A stretch of 63,644 nt of DNA, counting the filler, from Reticulomyxa filosa (taxonomy: Eukaryota > Protista > Foraminifera): assembly GCA_000512085.1 (NCBI GenBank). It is 18 parts of 18 records of this genome, joined end to end, with 100 filler letters (N's around TTAATTAATTAA, not from the genome) between each part and the next. Parts side by side here need not be neighbours in the genome. Positions count along the whole stretch, not along the records: positions 1 to 9,533 come from ASPP01023923.1; positions 9,634 to 11,258 come from ASPP01022865.1; positions 11,359 to 13,635 come from ASPP01026118.1; 15 more parts are not named here. The stretch is one strand, 5' to 3'. Positions 1-13,380 of the stretch are shown here, piece after piece. The translations under genes were made by a program, and so were the position numbers. Below the pieces are notes generated by a model, which searched no databases, was not told where the DNA came from, and worked only from the letters and a program-made list of their open reading frames with translations. Position 1 is the stretch's first letter; each line of letters opens with the position of its first letter.

Positions 1-19
1 TTTTTGATCAACCTAGGAA

Positions 20-176
20 AAACTTATCATAAAACCAATTTCATATTTAAAAACTACAAGATTAATAGATATTTTTTTTAAAAAAAATTAGGTTTAAATC
101 TTTATTTTTCATGGAGAAAATCGATTCTCTTTATATAGTGCCATTTAGGTATTGCGGTTTTTTTTGCAATCTACTG
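20..176 (+). mobile_element. Terminal inverted repeat end of a Tc1/mariner-like element (contig starts inside the element)
   Basis: Matches the repeat at 18028-18090, 19480-19635, 39379-39513 and 54439-54610. Ends ...GCAATCTACTG followed by TA. Confidence 0.8.
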
Positions 177-1948
177 TAACAGACACAAAAATACTTCTCA
201 TGCAAAAAAACAGCAAATTTTTCACAAACGAAAAAACACAAATTCTTCGTATGCGACAAACAGCAAGTCTTGACGAACGGGAACTTCTTAGCACTAGACA
301 AAAAAATTTTCTTCAAAAAATTGATTATGAAAAAGTGCTCTTTATAAAATGGGCGTAAAACAATAGTAATTGAAACAATGTGTCTCGCAACGCTGTCACT
401 ATTGTGCAGTTGTCTTTTTGAATGCTATTCCACAAATGCAAGATCTGAGTCATATGCTCAGACTTGCATGCGCACATGTAGAAATACATGCATATATGAA
501 CATTGTGTTTCATTGACCCTTACTCCACAAGTTATTTCCCACATGCTTTTCTAAGTGGTCCAAATTCTTCTTTTTCTTCTTTTCTTTATAGACTATGAGA
601 CTGTTTGTCTATTGCTATTTTTGTGGAGCCACTTTTTTTGAAGACATATGGTCTTTTTTTGTTTTGCATCATTGTACTCTTTTTTTGCATGTGGTATTTA
701 ATATATTTCTGCAACTATTTTTTTTTGTGCGTTGATTTCGGGATCCGTAATATACATGCATCTGTCCAACCTGTTTTATTATAAGTTGCCGCTATTGTTG
801 TCTTTTTTAAAAAAGAAATATATAAAGATATTATTGATACCTAAAAAGAAGATGCTTTTTTCTGTCTTATAACTACACCAACAAAAGTTATAAGAGTAAC
901 GACAGGTCTTTTTACATTTTTGTTTGAATATATTATGAATAATTTGTACTAGTGCGAACATAGATTTAATGAAATCAGCAGCTACAAAAAAAAGAAAAGA
1001 GTTGAATTGCAATATGGAGTGCATTGATTTTTCAAATGATTCTTGCGATAAGTGGCTATACTCATGAAAGATACTCTTAACAATACATTGATGAAGATAT
1101 TAATCTTAAAGAAGAAAAGGAAAGAAAAAGCTTTATCTGCAGTAACTGTTGCTAAGAGAAAAAAGGGACTTTTTTATTGGTCGTTCAATAAATTGTTTTT
1201 TTACACAATATATTATTCAATAATTTTTCATTTATTTATTCATGTTTGTACAAGAATTAAGTATTTATTATAGTCTTGTGCTAGACGATCAAAGAAACTT
1301 TTTTCTTGTAAATTTAAATATTTTTGATTTAGGTCTGGTTTTACCATTGAAAGAAATTTTTCAGAAAATTTACAAATATTAAACTAATAAAAATTCATGC
1401 GATAAACAACTTAAATAAATTTGAAATCATTCCGTTATTCAATGGATCAAGGAAAAGACATTCAACTTTTAACAGAAGCTTGGATTTCCTTGGAACAAAA
1501 ACAAGAGTAAATACATATTTTGAAGCAAAAAGCAAAATTATATTTTTTGTACTAAATCAATATCGAATCATTAAAATGAATTTGGTATGCGTTGTCCATA
1601 ACAAACGCCTACTTTAATATAATGATATACCACAAGCGTTTAAAATACAAGAAATTTAAAATGCTGAACTTATGAAACAATTTCAATCAAATGGACCAAA
1701 AACCAAAATTATGACAAAGCATTTAAACAAGTTAATTGGAGGTCCGATAATAGCCAATGTAAAAAAAAAAATAGTAACAATTCTCAATGAAATTTGTACA
1801 CTCAAATAATGGTCCTTGTTACAAAAAATACCAAGTTTGTGTGACGCAATTTAAAAGAGAAAAAAAAAATATTTTTGCTAACTGAAAAGATATTCAACTT
1901 TAACTTTTAATTACTTTTCGGGGAAGCCCCAAAACAAACTAATTTTTC

Positions 1949-4900
1949 TTAATTTTGTTCTTTCCATCCTAAAGCCTTGTTGTCTTTCTCCTTGACATCT
2001 GACGAGAATTGCCACAAATGTTCATCATCTAACTTTTCTTGGGCCTTAAAATCTTCTTCCAAGACTTGTTGAATCATTGTGTCCTCTTTGAATGAGTACG
2101 ATTCCTTCAATTACAATCAACGATCCATTTTTTTAAAAACCATATAAGTAAGAAGAGACAAAAAAACCTAAACTTGTTGATACATGGACAACATTTCAAT
2201 TTTTTCATACAATCGCATCAAGCGGCTAAAGTTGATAATACCATCTTTTCGTTCGACATTCCCTTCATCAATGAAAACAATGTCTTGCAGCAACACACCA
2301 ATGTGGAGAATCGCCGGGGTTGGGGCTTGTCGATGAAGCTTTCGAAGAGCTGCCCAGTTATGCGCAGAGTCAAAGAGTTGTTGAATCTCTGCAAACGATT
2401 CTTCTTGTTTTTTGGCACGGTCTTTTCAATAGTGATGCAATATTTCCAACAAAAAACAAAGTTACTTACAAATACACATAAATATTAGCACAAAAACAAC
2501 AAGCAAAACAGAAAAACGTACACTCCAGCAAGCTTTCAATCGGAAAATTGGATTCGACATTAACGCCACTTTTACAGCACAACACGAACTAAAATTTCTC
2601 ATTGCCAGTAAATGCTGTATATTTATGTACGTACATAATATGACGATTACCATTTTTTTTTGGGATAGAAATTGTATCTTTCAAATCGACACGTAAAGCA
2701 CGTATTGTATACATCACATACCCCAGCCACGAGAACACAATTTTTGAGGACTTTGGTGCGTTCTCGTAACGATGGTGCGGTGAGAATTAACACTTGGATC
2801 CATTTGGACACTTTATTGAATTGTTCGATCATTGCCATTACATTCGGGGCTCGCTTATCGCGATCTTTTTTTTTCCACGCCTGACCCAAGCATTCTCTTT
2901 TTTGAATCACTTTAAACAGTTTGAAGTCCATTAAGGATATTTGCTATAGTATTTTATGCAATGTAAAATGACTGTGTGCATTGTATGTGTGCGTGTATTG
3001 TCACAAAATGAAATAAAAGATTAACTTCGGCCACAATCCGCGGATCTGCTTCAGAAAATTTGAATTTGCTGGGGGCACCCATTTGTGCAATGAGATTGCG
3101 TCTCGGTTGACGTTCTTTTTGAGTTTGTTTTTTTTCAAAGTCCTTGTCTTGCTGTTCGAGCGATTGGGAAATGGTTTTGGCAAGTTTTTGCACTTTTGAA
3201 TCTTCGCTAGACTCAAGTGTTTCCAAAAATTTATCCAGCATATCCAAGCACCCATTTTCGCCCACAAAATCATCGGCATAAAAGTTTCGAATCCATTGTC
3301 GCAACATATTGCCAATTTTCAATCGAATTTGCCACTCTTCGCCTGCCTCTTCAAATCTCTCGACCATTGTGCGCAAGAGATCACTGTGTTTTTCATTAAG
3401 GATTAATGGATGTTGTGCATTTTTTTTTTTTGGTTTTGTATATTGTATGTTGTATATTATATGTTGTATATTGTTGATGTTTGTGTTGTACAAATCACTC
3501 GCAATAATCAATAACACATACACACATCGAGTTGCAATATGCTTTATGACACAATAATAACACATCTTGCGTCTTGTCATCGCGTGACTCTGGGTTTGTA
3601 ATTTGAAATACCATTTGACGAATAGTGTATTCATCCGTTTCTTTTTCCTATTTATTTATTCCAAAAAATATATATACATATATGTGTATGTGTATATCCA
3701 TTTTATATATATGTATATATATTTTTACCTTTTCTTTTTGCTCTCCTGGTATCTCATCATTCGAATTGTCTTTTGAAGTGCCTGGCGTAGTCTGAGTTGT
3801 CAATGTGGTGGACTTGGTATCACCTTCGGTCGATTTTGTCTTGTCACTGTCTTTTTCTTTTTGAATCACCTGGCTTTGTCGACGCATTCCCTCGACAGTG
3901 TCTCGATAATCCTTTGCTCTCTCTTTAAACTCGTCACACACTTCCATTGCCGCTTTGATAATACTTTTGGCGGGCTGATTTTCTGGACAAACCATTTTGT
4001 GCGTGGATGGGTGCTCTTCAAACCCCAAATATTTCAAATAAGCGTCCACGCCCTCCACCCCCAGTAAACGGCTTCTTACAATTGGATTGCGCAAATCCAA
4101 CACTCGATATTTGTTATCTCCTCTCAATAGTCGCTTTGCCACTTTTCTCAAATCATCAAATAATTTTATGCCTGCTGCTTGATCGTTCAAATTCGAATCA
4201 ATATAATTCAAGATTCTCACAAAGTCCTATTCAAAATCATTTCGAATAGAAATAATAATAATAATAATAATATATTATTATTATTATTATTGGATTGAAC
4301 TACTTAGTAAGTGTATTAGTATTACAATAAAACAATCCCATTTATTACAAACTTTTATTTTTCTCTAACTTTTTTGGTCGATTGAAGTGTGTCATCTTCT
4401 GCAGGCTGTTCTCTCAACTATACGCATACATACATATTTAAAATATTATGGCCATTGTTGCTACTTTCTTTTTTTTTTCCCAAAGAGATAAAAGTGGCAA
4501 TAAAACGGAACGGCGGAAGAAGCAAAGTCAAACGTTTCTCTCGTTCCAGGTGACGATGCCCCGTAAATGGACTCTTCATCTTTCGTTGTTTTTCTCCCAT
4601 CTTCGGAGGCATCGCTTTGAAGTCGCAAATGATTTCCGGTGAGAGAACCACGAGGCGACAATGGAGGTAATGTCGACGCAGTATCATCCAACGAGTGTGA
4701 TGAATCCTATACAAAACACACATACGCCCACAAAAAAAAAAAAAAAAAAAAAGATATTGAGTTGATTGGTTCTTCAAGTTTTTATATTGCATTACCTCTG
4801 TGCCGTGGTGGATTGGCCGCGGAGTCAAACACACCGCACAAGTTCGAGTATCTTTGTCATTGTCGCTGGTACACAATTCACAGACCCACGGTTTCTTGTA

Positions 4901-5517
4901 AAAACATCCAAAAAAAAAAAAAAAATTGATTTTAAATAGTGAGTTATTGTATTTACGTATACAAACTAAATTTTTTTTTTTTTCCTTCCCCTCCTCTCCC
5001 CCCCCTTTTCAAACCGATTTGTAAATACAAAACTCCGTTTTGCTTGGTTGGAACAGCGATTGTGGCGCTCTGCACATCTTTTAAATGTGCTCTACTGTTA
5101 CGTTCAGCACCATTTACGGACCGTTGGAACTCTTCTGCTGCATACGACTCAGCGAATCGAGCAGCAAGTATTTGATCTTGTTTTGTTTTCACATTCTGTC
5201 CATTGAAAACAACAACACGAATATTCTTGGCATCTAATATTATTCTACATCTGATACGTGTGACAAATACATCGCTTTTTTTTTTTAACCAGTCCTTTAA
5301 AAACCCATGATGTGGGGCCTTTCGCCTTGACTTTGGGCTTTATTTGGTATACAAACACGTCTTGACTGCTATCAGGTACCAGCTTCAAAATTAGCTCTGT
5401 TGGATGGTAGGGATTGTAGGTGAGTGTTAGCTCTCCAGTTCCAACCTTTTGCCAAGAACTTCCTTCTAAGGCATACAAGGAAGATCTTTCAGCAAAAATA
5501 TCCTTTGGTTGAAGCAT
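1949..5517 (-). CDS. Multi-exon Ras guanine-nucleotide exchange factor: PH/RanBD-like, RanBP2-type zinc finger, PUB, REM, CDC25
   Basis: CDC25 motifs: ECLGQAWKK..APNVMAMIEQFNKVSKW; MRNFSSCCAVKVALMSNPIFRLKACW; PAILHIGVLLQDIVFIDEGN..GIINFSRL. REM: IRLKIGNMLRQWIRNFYADDF. PUB: NKYRVLDLRNPIVRSRLLGVEGVDAYLKYLGF. Zinc finger WVCELCTSDNDKDTRTCAVCLTPRP at 4814-4888. Exons were joined by hand at GT-AG sites. Stop at 1949-1951. Confidence 0.85.
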
Positions 5518-6649
5518 TGACTTTATGAAAATGCCAAATTAATTTGGGAATTTTTTAAGGAATACCCTTTTTCTTAAAGTGCCCTTATTACTGAAAAATC
5601 GAACAATGTGTAGTTGCAAAATTGACGAAAGCAAGCAATAGAAATAATTTAATTGAACTAAGTTTCACTATTGAACAATAATTTCAGTCCGTCATTGCCT
5701 GTAGAGATGAAAACTTTTCACTTGCTTGCCACGTCGAAAAAGCTGATACTTAAAGTGTTACTTACTAAAAATCTTGTATTAGTTCCAATCTGATAAAGTC
5801 AAGATATTGCGATTTGTTTAACGAAAATTGGATAAAATTCAACAGAGTTCTTATAAATTAAATCCAATTGAAAATATTTGGTGAATTAAAATACAAAATA
5901 ACAAATGTGAAAAATTTGGGAAACCACAAAAATAGTGGAGTCAATAACAAAAAGAATTCAACAGTAATTGAAGTCAAAGAATGAGTGTATGGTCAAAATT
6001 CAAAAGTTGTATATTTTGTTCAATTTTTTTGCAAATTACGCACAAGATTGTTGCAGCTATGAAAATTGAATATTGCATAAGTGATATTGTCAAAGTCGAC
6101 GTAGGGTGTTACTTTTTTAAGTTCCAAACTTTTTCATTTTGTGATTCATTTTTTTCAAATGTTAAAATCGATTGTGTGGTCGTTCATAAGCGAATTGAAA
6201 AATCAATCACAAGCTGCTGACAAAGCTGATCTTTCTATTAATCAATGATTTGTTTTTTCCAAAAGCTACACAAAAAATAATGGTAAATTCTGGTCAGCGT
6301 ATAGTAAAGACGTCGAAAATAATGAAAAATACAAAACTTTCAATGTAGTAAAAGAACAAACATTATTTGAAAAAGAAATGAAATACTAGTATTACATATG
6401 TATGATGGACTAACGATCAATCATGATGTTCGCAAACACAAAAGATTATTGAAACGACCACTCATATGCAATGAAAGAATAAATAGAAGTATCTTGCTTG
6501 CAGGTAATGTAAAGATAAGATCGATGAATATTGTGGATCATTTAAATTGCATAATTTATATTCACTCATAAAAACTTTTACAGTTTGAAATAAAAGTAAC
6601 AAATTAAAAAGGAGAATATAATCAATTTTATATTAAAAAATAAATATTG

Positions 6650-7700
6650 TCATCCCCACAATTGGATTTTTTTTTCACAAGGCCACGATATAAAAGTGTT
6701 ACCATCTGGTGAAAATTGTAATCCTCTTATCAAAGTCGATTGACCTGCCAATTTTTGCGTTTCTTGTCCAGATGTAACATCCCATATTCGAATAGTATTA
6801 TCTTCAGAAGAGGACACAACAGTTTTACAATCTGGTGAAAATTGCACTGCTGTGACAGCTTTCAAATGTCCTTTAAATATTTGAACTTCATTGCTTGTAT
6901 TAACATTAAATATTCGAATTGTGTTGTCTTCTGACCATAACAAAATTTTGGAGCAGTCTATTGAAAAGCGTGATCTTGTTACAACACCCAAGAGGTTATC
7001 CAGTTTTTGAACAATCTGTCCTGATATTATATCCCATATTCGAATTGTTTTATCAGATGAGCATAGTATAACACTGAGATCATCAGATAAGAATTGAGCT
7101 TCAGTTATAAATGGTACAGCCAATCTTACTTTATGCAATTCTTTGCCAGTTTCAACATCCCATATTCGAATTGTTTTATCCCATGACCACGACAAAATTT
7201 TCTTCCCATTTGATGAAAATTGTATTCCTGTTACAATATTTGAATGTCCTTGGAATAGATGCTTTTGTTGTCCTGAAGTCACATCCCATAAGCGAATGGT
7301 TTGATCTCGTGAACATGACAATATCTTGGAATTGTCTGAAGAAAATTGTGCTGATGTCACATAAGATGTATGTCCCTCGAACCTTTGTATCTCTTTGCTT
7401 GATGCAATATCCCACATTCGAATTGTTTTGTCCCATGAACAGGATACAAGAAATTTTCCATTTGGTGAAAATTGAACATTATTTATTTGATCTAAATGCC
7501 CTTTGAATACTTTCAATTTTTTGAAATATTTTACCTTTTATAATTTAAAAAACATGATGTTTTCGAAATGGATCAATCAAAATATAAACACAAGACTCAA
7601 CATATTTGGTAATAATTTTGTTAAAATCATCAATCCATCCCCAATTGATATAGGTTAAACGTAACCAATTTTTAATAATGATTGCGACTTCACTTTCGGT
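6650..7700 (-). CDS. WD40-repeat protein (7 blades) with upstream 'GWI box' exon
   Basis: ORF 6650-7516 has repeated GH..V..VQFSPDG..IVS.S.DKTIRIWD units. Exon 7602-7700 encodes EVAIIIKNWLRLTYINWGWIDDFNKIITKY. True start not resolved. Confidence 0.92.
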
Positions 7701-8455
7701 CTGTTTTGTTTATTTTTTTTTTTGTTTACAGTTAACAGCTATTTCAATGTAATCTCACCAAAAATATTGATTGACTGTGTTGGTTATCTTTTTTAATTAC
7801 GTATTGATACATTTCAATCTTGTATCCTTTTTTTTATCCAAAGGGTGCAAGCTTTTCGTTCAGACACGAAAACAAGATAGTTTTAAACAAAGAATGTGTT
7901 CTTGTCTTTAGGAAAGTTAAAAGGAAGAATTTTTGTTGTCGGATGACTAGTTGGCTCTTTATCAGCTATCGAATGCTTTCAAAACGAATAATCTAACGGA
8001 TCACTCTTTGAAAGTATTACCTGTACAAAGAACGGAGCCAAGAAATAAGATGCGTTATTAATTATCATTAGAGTTTCTTCCAAATGGCCACATGAAGCAA
8101 AAAATGAAGAAAAATGAAAAATGACGGAAAAAAAAAGAGAAGTAACAAGCAGGACAAACAATGCACAACGAAAATAACGAACGTGTGAAAGCAAACAAGA
8201 AGTGAAGGAATAAACTAACAATAAACATTGATTTGACTTACAAATGAATCGACTGAATCTCGGAATTAGCAAACTTTGTGCTGCAAACAGGACATTTTCG
8301 ATTTCTGGCCACCAATGTTCGTTGCAAGCAATCTCTGCAAAAAATATGCAAACATTTGGTCAAGATTGCATTTTTTTCATTTTGAGTGCAAACCGAGCAA
8401 TAAATTTTTTGCTATGTACACATACGCATACAATTCAAAAATCATGTTGTCTTTG

Positions 8456-9533
8456 TCAAATATAAATAAGCATAAACGATTTAAAAAAAAAAACCTTTGC
8501 CAAAAAGAGCTGATGTTTTAATATTTCATCCGCATCTCCGGCTTGGTTTTGAGCTCTCAATTCTCTTTCTTGAATTTCTTTTTTCAAGTTGGCAAGTAAA
8601 TCTAAATTTTGTTGATGAAGTCTTTCGACTTCCATTTCCTTTAGAGCATATTTGTGTTTGATATCCAGAAAATCTTCTTTCAATTGGTCGTGCCTGGTTT
8701 TGAACCAATCCAATTCATTGCCACGGATTTTGTGTTGTTCTTTGATATTATCGAATTTGCCGCCACTCAAAGTCAACAATTCGTTTAATTCTTTGCCATA
8801 ATTTTTGGAATGCAATAAACTGTCGTTGACTTGTTTTAAGCGATCACTTAAAATGTCCGTTTGATCTTTCAACTCCATCATCCCTTGTCGAAACATTTCA
8901 TTGCTGTTATTCAACAGTTTGATTTCTTGTTTTAAATAACCTCTTTCTTCTTTCAATTTGTTCAAATATATGTTGCATTGGCAATTGCCTTCCACCAATT
9001 TTTCATTTTGTTTTTTCAATGTTTCTAACTGTTCCATCCATTCTCCTTTTTCTTTGCCCCATTGGTTTTGTTGGTCCAACAACTCTTGGATACGACGGTT
9101 GACTTGATGTTTCAACAAAGCGACTGTGCCTTGGATTGCTGGAATTTTTCTTACCTCTTCTCGCAGTTGGTTATTTTCGATTATCAGCGGATGTGTTTCA
9201 TTTAAACTGACCGATTGATTCGGCTCATTTGTACTTTCATTTATGCATATATTTGGATTTATAGTTACAATTGTGTGTATATACGGAGTAACGTTTGTAT
9301 TTGTATTTGTATTTGTATTTGTGTTTGTTATTTCTTCTTTGATTTGTGCTTTTGTGTTATCACTTTCTGGTGGTGTCATATGCATTGTCACAGTGTTAGT
9401 TTCTTCCCTTGCTGTTTCCATTCCTTGTTCCTTCTCTTTTTCTTTTTCCTTTTGTTCATGTTGTTCTTTTTGTTCGCTTTCTTTTTGTAATCTTTCTTTT
9501 TCAATCTCTTTTTCTTTTTCTTTTTCTTTTTCT
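8456..9533 (-). CDS. Coiled-coil protein, 5'-truncated by contig end
   Basis: 321-aa E/K/Q/L-rich heptad-like ORF with a (TN)n repeat. Probable further exon at about 8230-8400. Confidence 0.65.
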
Positions 9534-9633
9534 NNNNNNNNNNNNNNNNNNNNNNNNNNNNNNNNNNNNNNNNNNNNTTAATTAATTAANNNNNNNNNNN
9601 NNNNNNNNNNNNNNNNNNNNNNNNNNNNNNNNN
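9534..9633. other. Artificial contig-joining linker (first of 17)
   Basis: 44 N + TTAATTAATTAA (stops in all six frames) + 44 N. Identical linkers start at 9534, 11259, 13636, 17928, 21941, 24347, 28055, 29494, 36532, 39279, 44165, 48232, 53109, 54339, 58854, 59979 and 61166. Confidence 0.98.
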
Positions 9634-10620
9634 CATTCTTATTTGATCGAATATCCCAAAAACGAATTGTATTATTCAATGATCCAGAACATATCACATT
9701 TGAATTATTACTATTCTTTATTATCAATGGTGAATATTCAACAGCATACACAATATTTTTATGTCCATTAAACACTTGGGTTTGTTGACCAGATCGAATA
9801 TCCCACAAACGAACACTTGTATCAGTTAATCCAGATAATATTGTATTTACTAATTCATTTAATCCATATTTTACACTCATTACTACACTTTCATGTCCTT
9901 TGAATATATTTAATTGTTTAGTTGTTTCAATATCCCATATTCGTATGGTTTTATCAAATGATCCAGAACAAATTGTATATCCATTTCCACCAATCACACC
10001 AATATTATTACTTTTATTTTCATTATTATCCATATATTGATATTTCATCGTTGCAAAGCAATATTTCAACATCCCATAAACGAATTGTTTTGTCTAATGA
10101 TCCAGAGCACAAATATCTACCACCATTAAATGGTGAAAATTCAATTCCACCAACCCATTTATTGTGTTCATTAAGTACAATCAATTGTTGATTATTTTTG
10201 AAATCCCAAAAACAAATGGTATTATTATCTAATGAAGAGCAAATGATATTACGACGATATAATTATAATAATGATATGGTGAAAATTTTACACAATATGC
10301 CCAATTTAAATATCCATCAAATAATTGAATTTGTTTATTATTTTCAATATTCCACACACGAATTGTTTTATCAAGTGATCCAGAGTAGATAAATTGATTA
10401 TCATCAAATGTTGAAAAATCGATACTATACACAAAATCATTGTGTCCAATGAATGTATTGATAAAGAAATTATTTGCCTGTGAAAACATTTTTTATAAAA
10501 TAATAATAAATAAACTTAACATATTCAATAACAAATCCGTTAAAATTATCAATCCATCCTAATTTAATGTTTAATATTCTAATCCAATATTTAATAATTA
10601 CTTTAATTTCTTCTTCTAAT
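9634..10620 (-). pseudogene. Frameshifted WD40-repeat gene with N-terminal 'GWI box'
   Basis: WD units (CSGSFDKTIRIWDIET, SGSLDKTIRVWNIEN) are split across frames. Box exon 10521-10616 encodes EEEIKVIIKYWIRILNIKLGWIDNFNGFVIEY. Confidence 0.85.
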
Positions 10621-10899
10621 AGATTTATCTATAATTACAATCAATAAAATGTTAAAAGACAACTCTGTCTGAAGGAGTTGTTGAAATGAAATGTACCACT
10701 TGCTTTTCTTTGTTTTTTTCTTTTTTCTACCCATAAAGGGAACAGACTAATATTTTTGTTTTTAAATAATTATTATCACATGTAGCAAAAATGATTGAAA
10801 AATTACATTTTTTATTTTTTCAAAGACTTCAAAAAATGTAGCAATATTAACAATACAAAAAACTTTTGGAAATAATCATTTTTTTGAATATGAATTTAT

Positions 10900-11060
10900 C
10901 TGTGGCTCAATTAAAAGGACACTGTGTAGTGAAATTAATAGATAACAATAACAAAAATAGCAATCAAATTACTTTATTGTCTTTTAGATCTTCTTCGCTT
11001 GAAGAAAATAAATATACATTGATTAATGAAATATGTAAGTGTTTGGGATAATATATCAGA
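10900..11060 (+). pseudogene. Kelch-family remnant
   Basis: GHCVVKLIDNNNKNSNQITLLSF and MKYVSVW closely match segments of the Kelch protein at 22142-23278. Frameshifted and truncated. Confidence 0.8.
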
Positions 11061-11769
11061 TATAATGTATAATCAATATTTCTTTTATATCTGGTTCACT
11101 GTTTTAATATCAATTTACATATGTTCATTGCATCTAAATACTTTTTTTATTTTTTTACTAAGTTTGAAAAGTAAAAATTTGCAATATCTGAATTTAAAAC
11201 ATTACTTATTAATTGTATAAATTGCATTCATTAATTTTAGGAACCTCCTTTTTTTTTTNNNNNNNNNNNNNNNNNNNNNNNNNNNNNNNNNNNNNNNNNN
11301 NNTTAATTAATTAANNNNNNNNNNNNNNNNNNNNNNNNNNNNNNNNNNNNNNNNNNNNACTCAGGATCCAGGTAAACCTAATTTGTCGAATCAAAATAAA
11401 TTATAACATATATTTGTAAATACCAATTATCTAGAGAAAAGCAAAATTGAATATACATAAAGTTTAATTAAAAAATGAGCATTAAAAACAAATAAAATAA
11501 TATTTAAAAAATTAATTGTTAGCATAGTATGTTTAAATGAATTAATTTTGATAAAAAATTTTTAGGTGAAAAAGTTTTTAATAGTTTTGTAAAGAATATA
11601 AGTTCAAGATTTATGATTTATTTGAATCTTTGCAACATATATTATTCTTATTATTAATTTTGCAATTCTATCAAAAATATTTTAATCTAAAAAAAGCCAA
11701 ATTAAATATTATCCTTTAAAGTAATTAATTAATTAAAATAACATAACAATATTAATTAATTTTAAAATT

Positions 11770-12700
11770 TATAAAAGAAATACTCAATAAGCTTTATCGA
11801 CTTGTCTTCGGTAAATCATGCATTATATGTTTTGCTGATTAAATAAGTTTTGACAGCAAACGAAGCATACACAACAATGGCTGCAATGCAAGAAAATATA
11901 TTTACGCAATTCTGTCTTACATATGATACAAAACCTTGCATTGTATTCATATAGTTCATTTTGTTCTTCTTTGACACAATCTATTGTTTACAAAACTTGT
12001 CAAATAAAATAAAATGATAAATTAATTTAACTTTTTTGTACAAGTTTTAGTTTATAGATTGAGTGTGTTTTGGTATTTATTTGAATACCATAATTTCGCG
12101 ATTTAATTTTAAGCCTCTAGATTCTTGAAAATACTTTGATTTATGTCTATAATAAATTTAAACATTATCAAATGAATAAATAAAATTTATATGTATTAAC
12201 TTTCAATTTGTCAATATCTTTGTAAATTCATTTGGGCAATCATTCCACTTATTTTTTTTACTAAAAATTTCCATTTTACATTTCCGATGTTGTCTATGTT
12301 TTTAATTTTATATTTTTCTCAAAAAAAAAAGAAAAAAAAATGTAAAAATAATTAACTTTCTTCTATTAGTCTGAAGGCAATCTTAGTTTTACTTGACATA
12401 TTTATTTGCAAGCCTTTATTTAATGTTTTTTTTATGATTTGATACGTTCTTGCAAAACCTTCTTTTCAATCTATTTTTACATATAACACAAACGTTTTCC
12501 AGGAAAGGCAACAAATATTTTTATATCATCTTTTAACTGATTTATTTTTTTCCAATTTTTCAATACGTCCACATGTTTCTTTATCATATGCATGCCAGAC
12601 ACCTTTGTAATCTTTTCATTCCCAAATTGTCTGACAAATTCAAAACATTCATCGTTTTTTTATTTCTGAATTTTTAAATGATATTACTGAGCTGACAACA
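11770..12700 (-). pseudogene. Decayed WWE-WWE-RING-HC E3 ubiquitin ligase (absent from the ORF track)
   Basis: Hand translation gives TIWE*KDYKGVWHAYDKETCGRIEKLEK (12545-12630) followed by YQI..LQINMSSKT. A second unit VKWKF..NKWNDCPNE..YGIQINTKT lies at about 12060-12290. C-terminal CIICKTELRKYIFLHCSHCCVCFVCCQNL..*CMIYRRQVDKAY*VF at 11770-11930. Several stops. Confidence 0.7.
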
Positions 12701-13288
12701 TATCTTTAATACTTGAAATAATTATGCAGATTATCCAAAAAAACTTTCAAGGGCACCTGCTTTACAAGTAATTATTGAAGTAATTTGAAAGTAAAAGGAA
12801 ATTGCAAAATGTATGAAAAAATTACAGTTAGTATTGACTTTCACCAAATATTTCCAATTTTTGTTAGGCAGAACCACATATACAATTTTTGATTCATTTT
12901 TCAGTATGCTTTAAACAAAATTAAAGTGTTGATAACATTTTCATCGCCATTAGTTCAAAGTACAGCACTACAAATCAACCAAAAGATTAATTCAAATGCA
13001 ACTTACTTGACCTTTCTTGAACATTTCTATGTACATTTATTTGCAAAAAACACTATTAACTCAATGAAAACGCCAAATATGTAAATAAATAGTTTAAAAA
13101 ATAATGTCTGTAATAAATGCTTTAAAAAATTAAAAATAAGCACTTTGCTACTTAGTTACACATAATAGTGAAGCAAATTATTTGCTATGATCTTTTAACA
13201 TTTGTAGCAAACACTAATACTAAAATAAAAAATATAACAAAAAAAAAATAAATACATAATTAGCAACCACTGTAAGCATTTGGATTAG

Positions 13289-13380
13289 ATCTACGAATCG
13301 TGTAGTTTTTAAATATCATTTTGAATTTAGTTTTTTATTAAATCTTTCCATTTTTTCAAAAATTTTAATCTTTCATTTAC
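13289..13380 (-). repeat. Internal fragment of the Tc1-like TIR
   Basis: ATCTACGAATCGTGTAGTTTTTAAATATCATTTTG matches 18560-18620. A more decayed copy lies at 16151-16200. Confidence 0.65.

Noticed and set aside
12600-12630. TGA read as Trp (alternative genetic code)
   Set aside because: TGA for Trp appears only in decayed loci that also have other stops and frameshifts. Intact genes use TGG for Trp and TGA as stop (6650, 45226).
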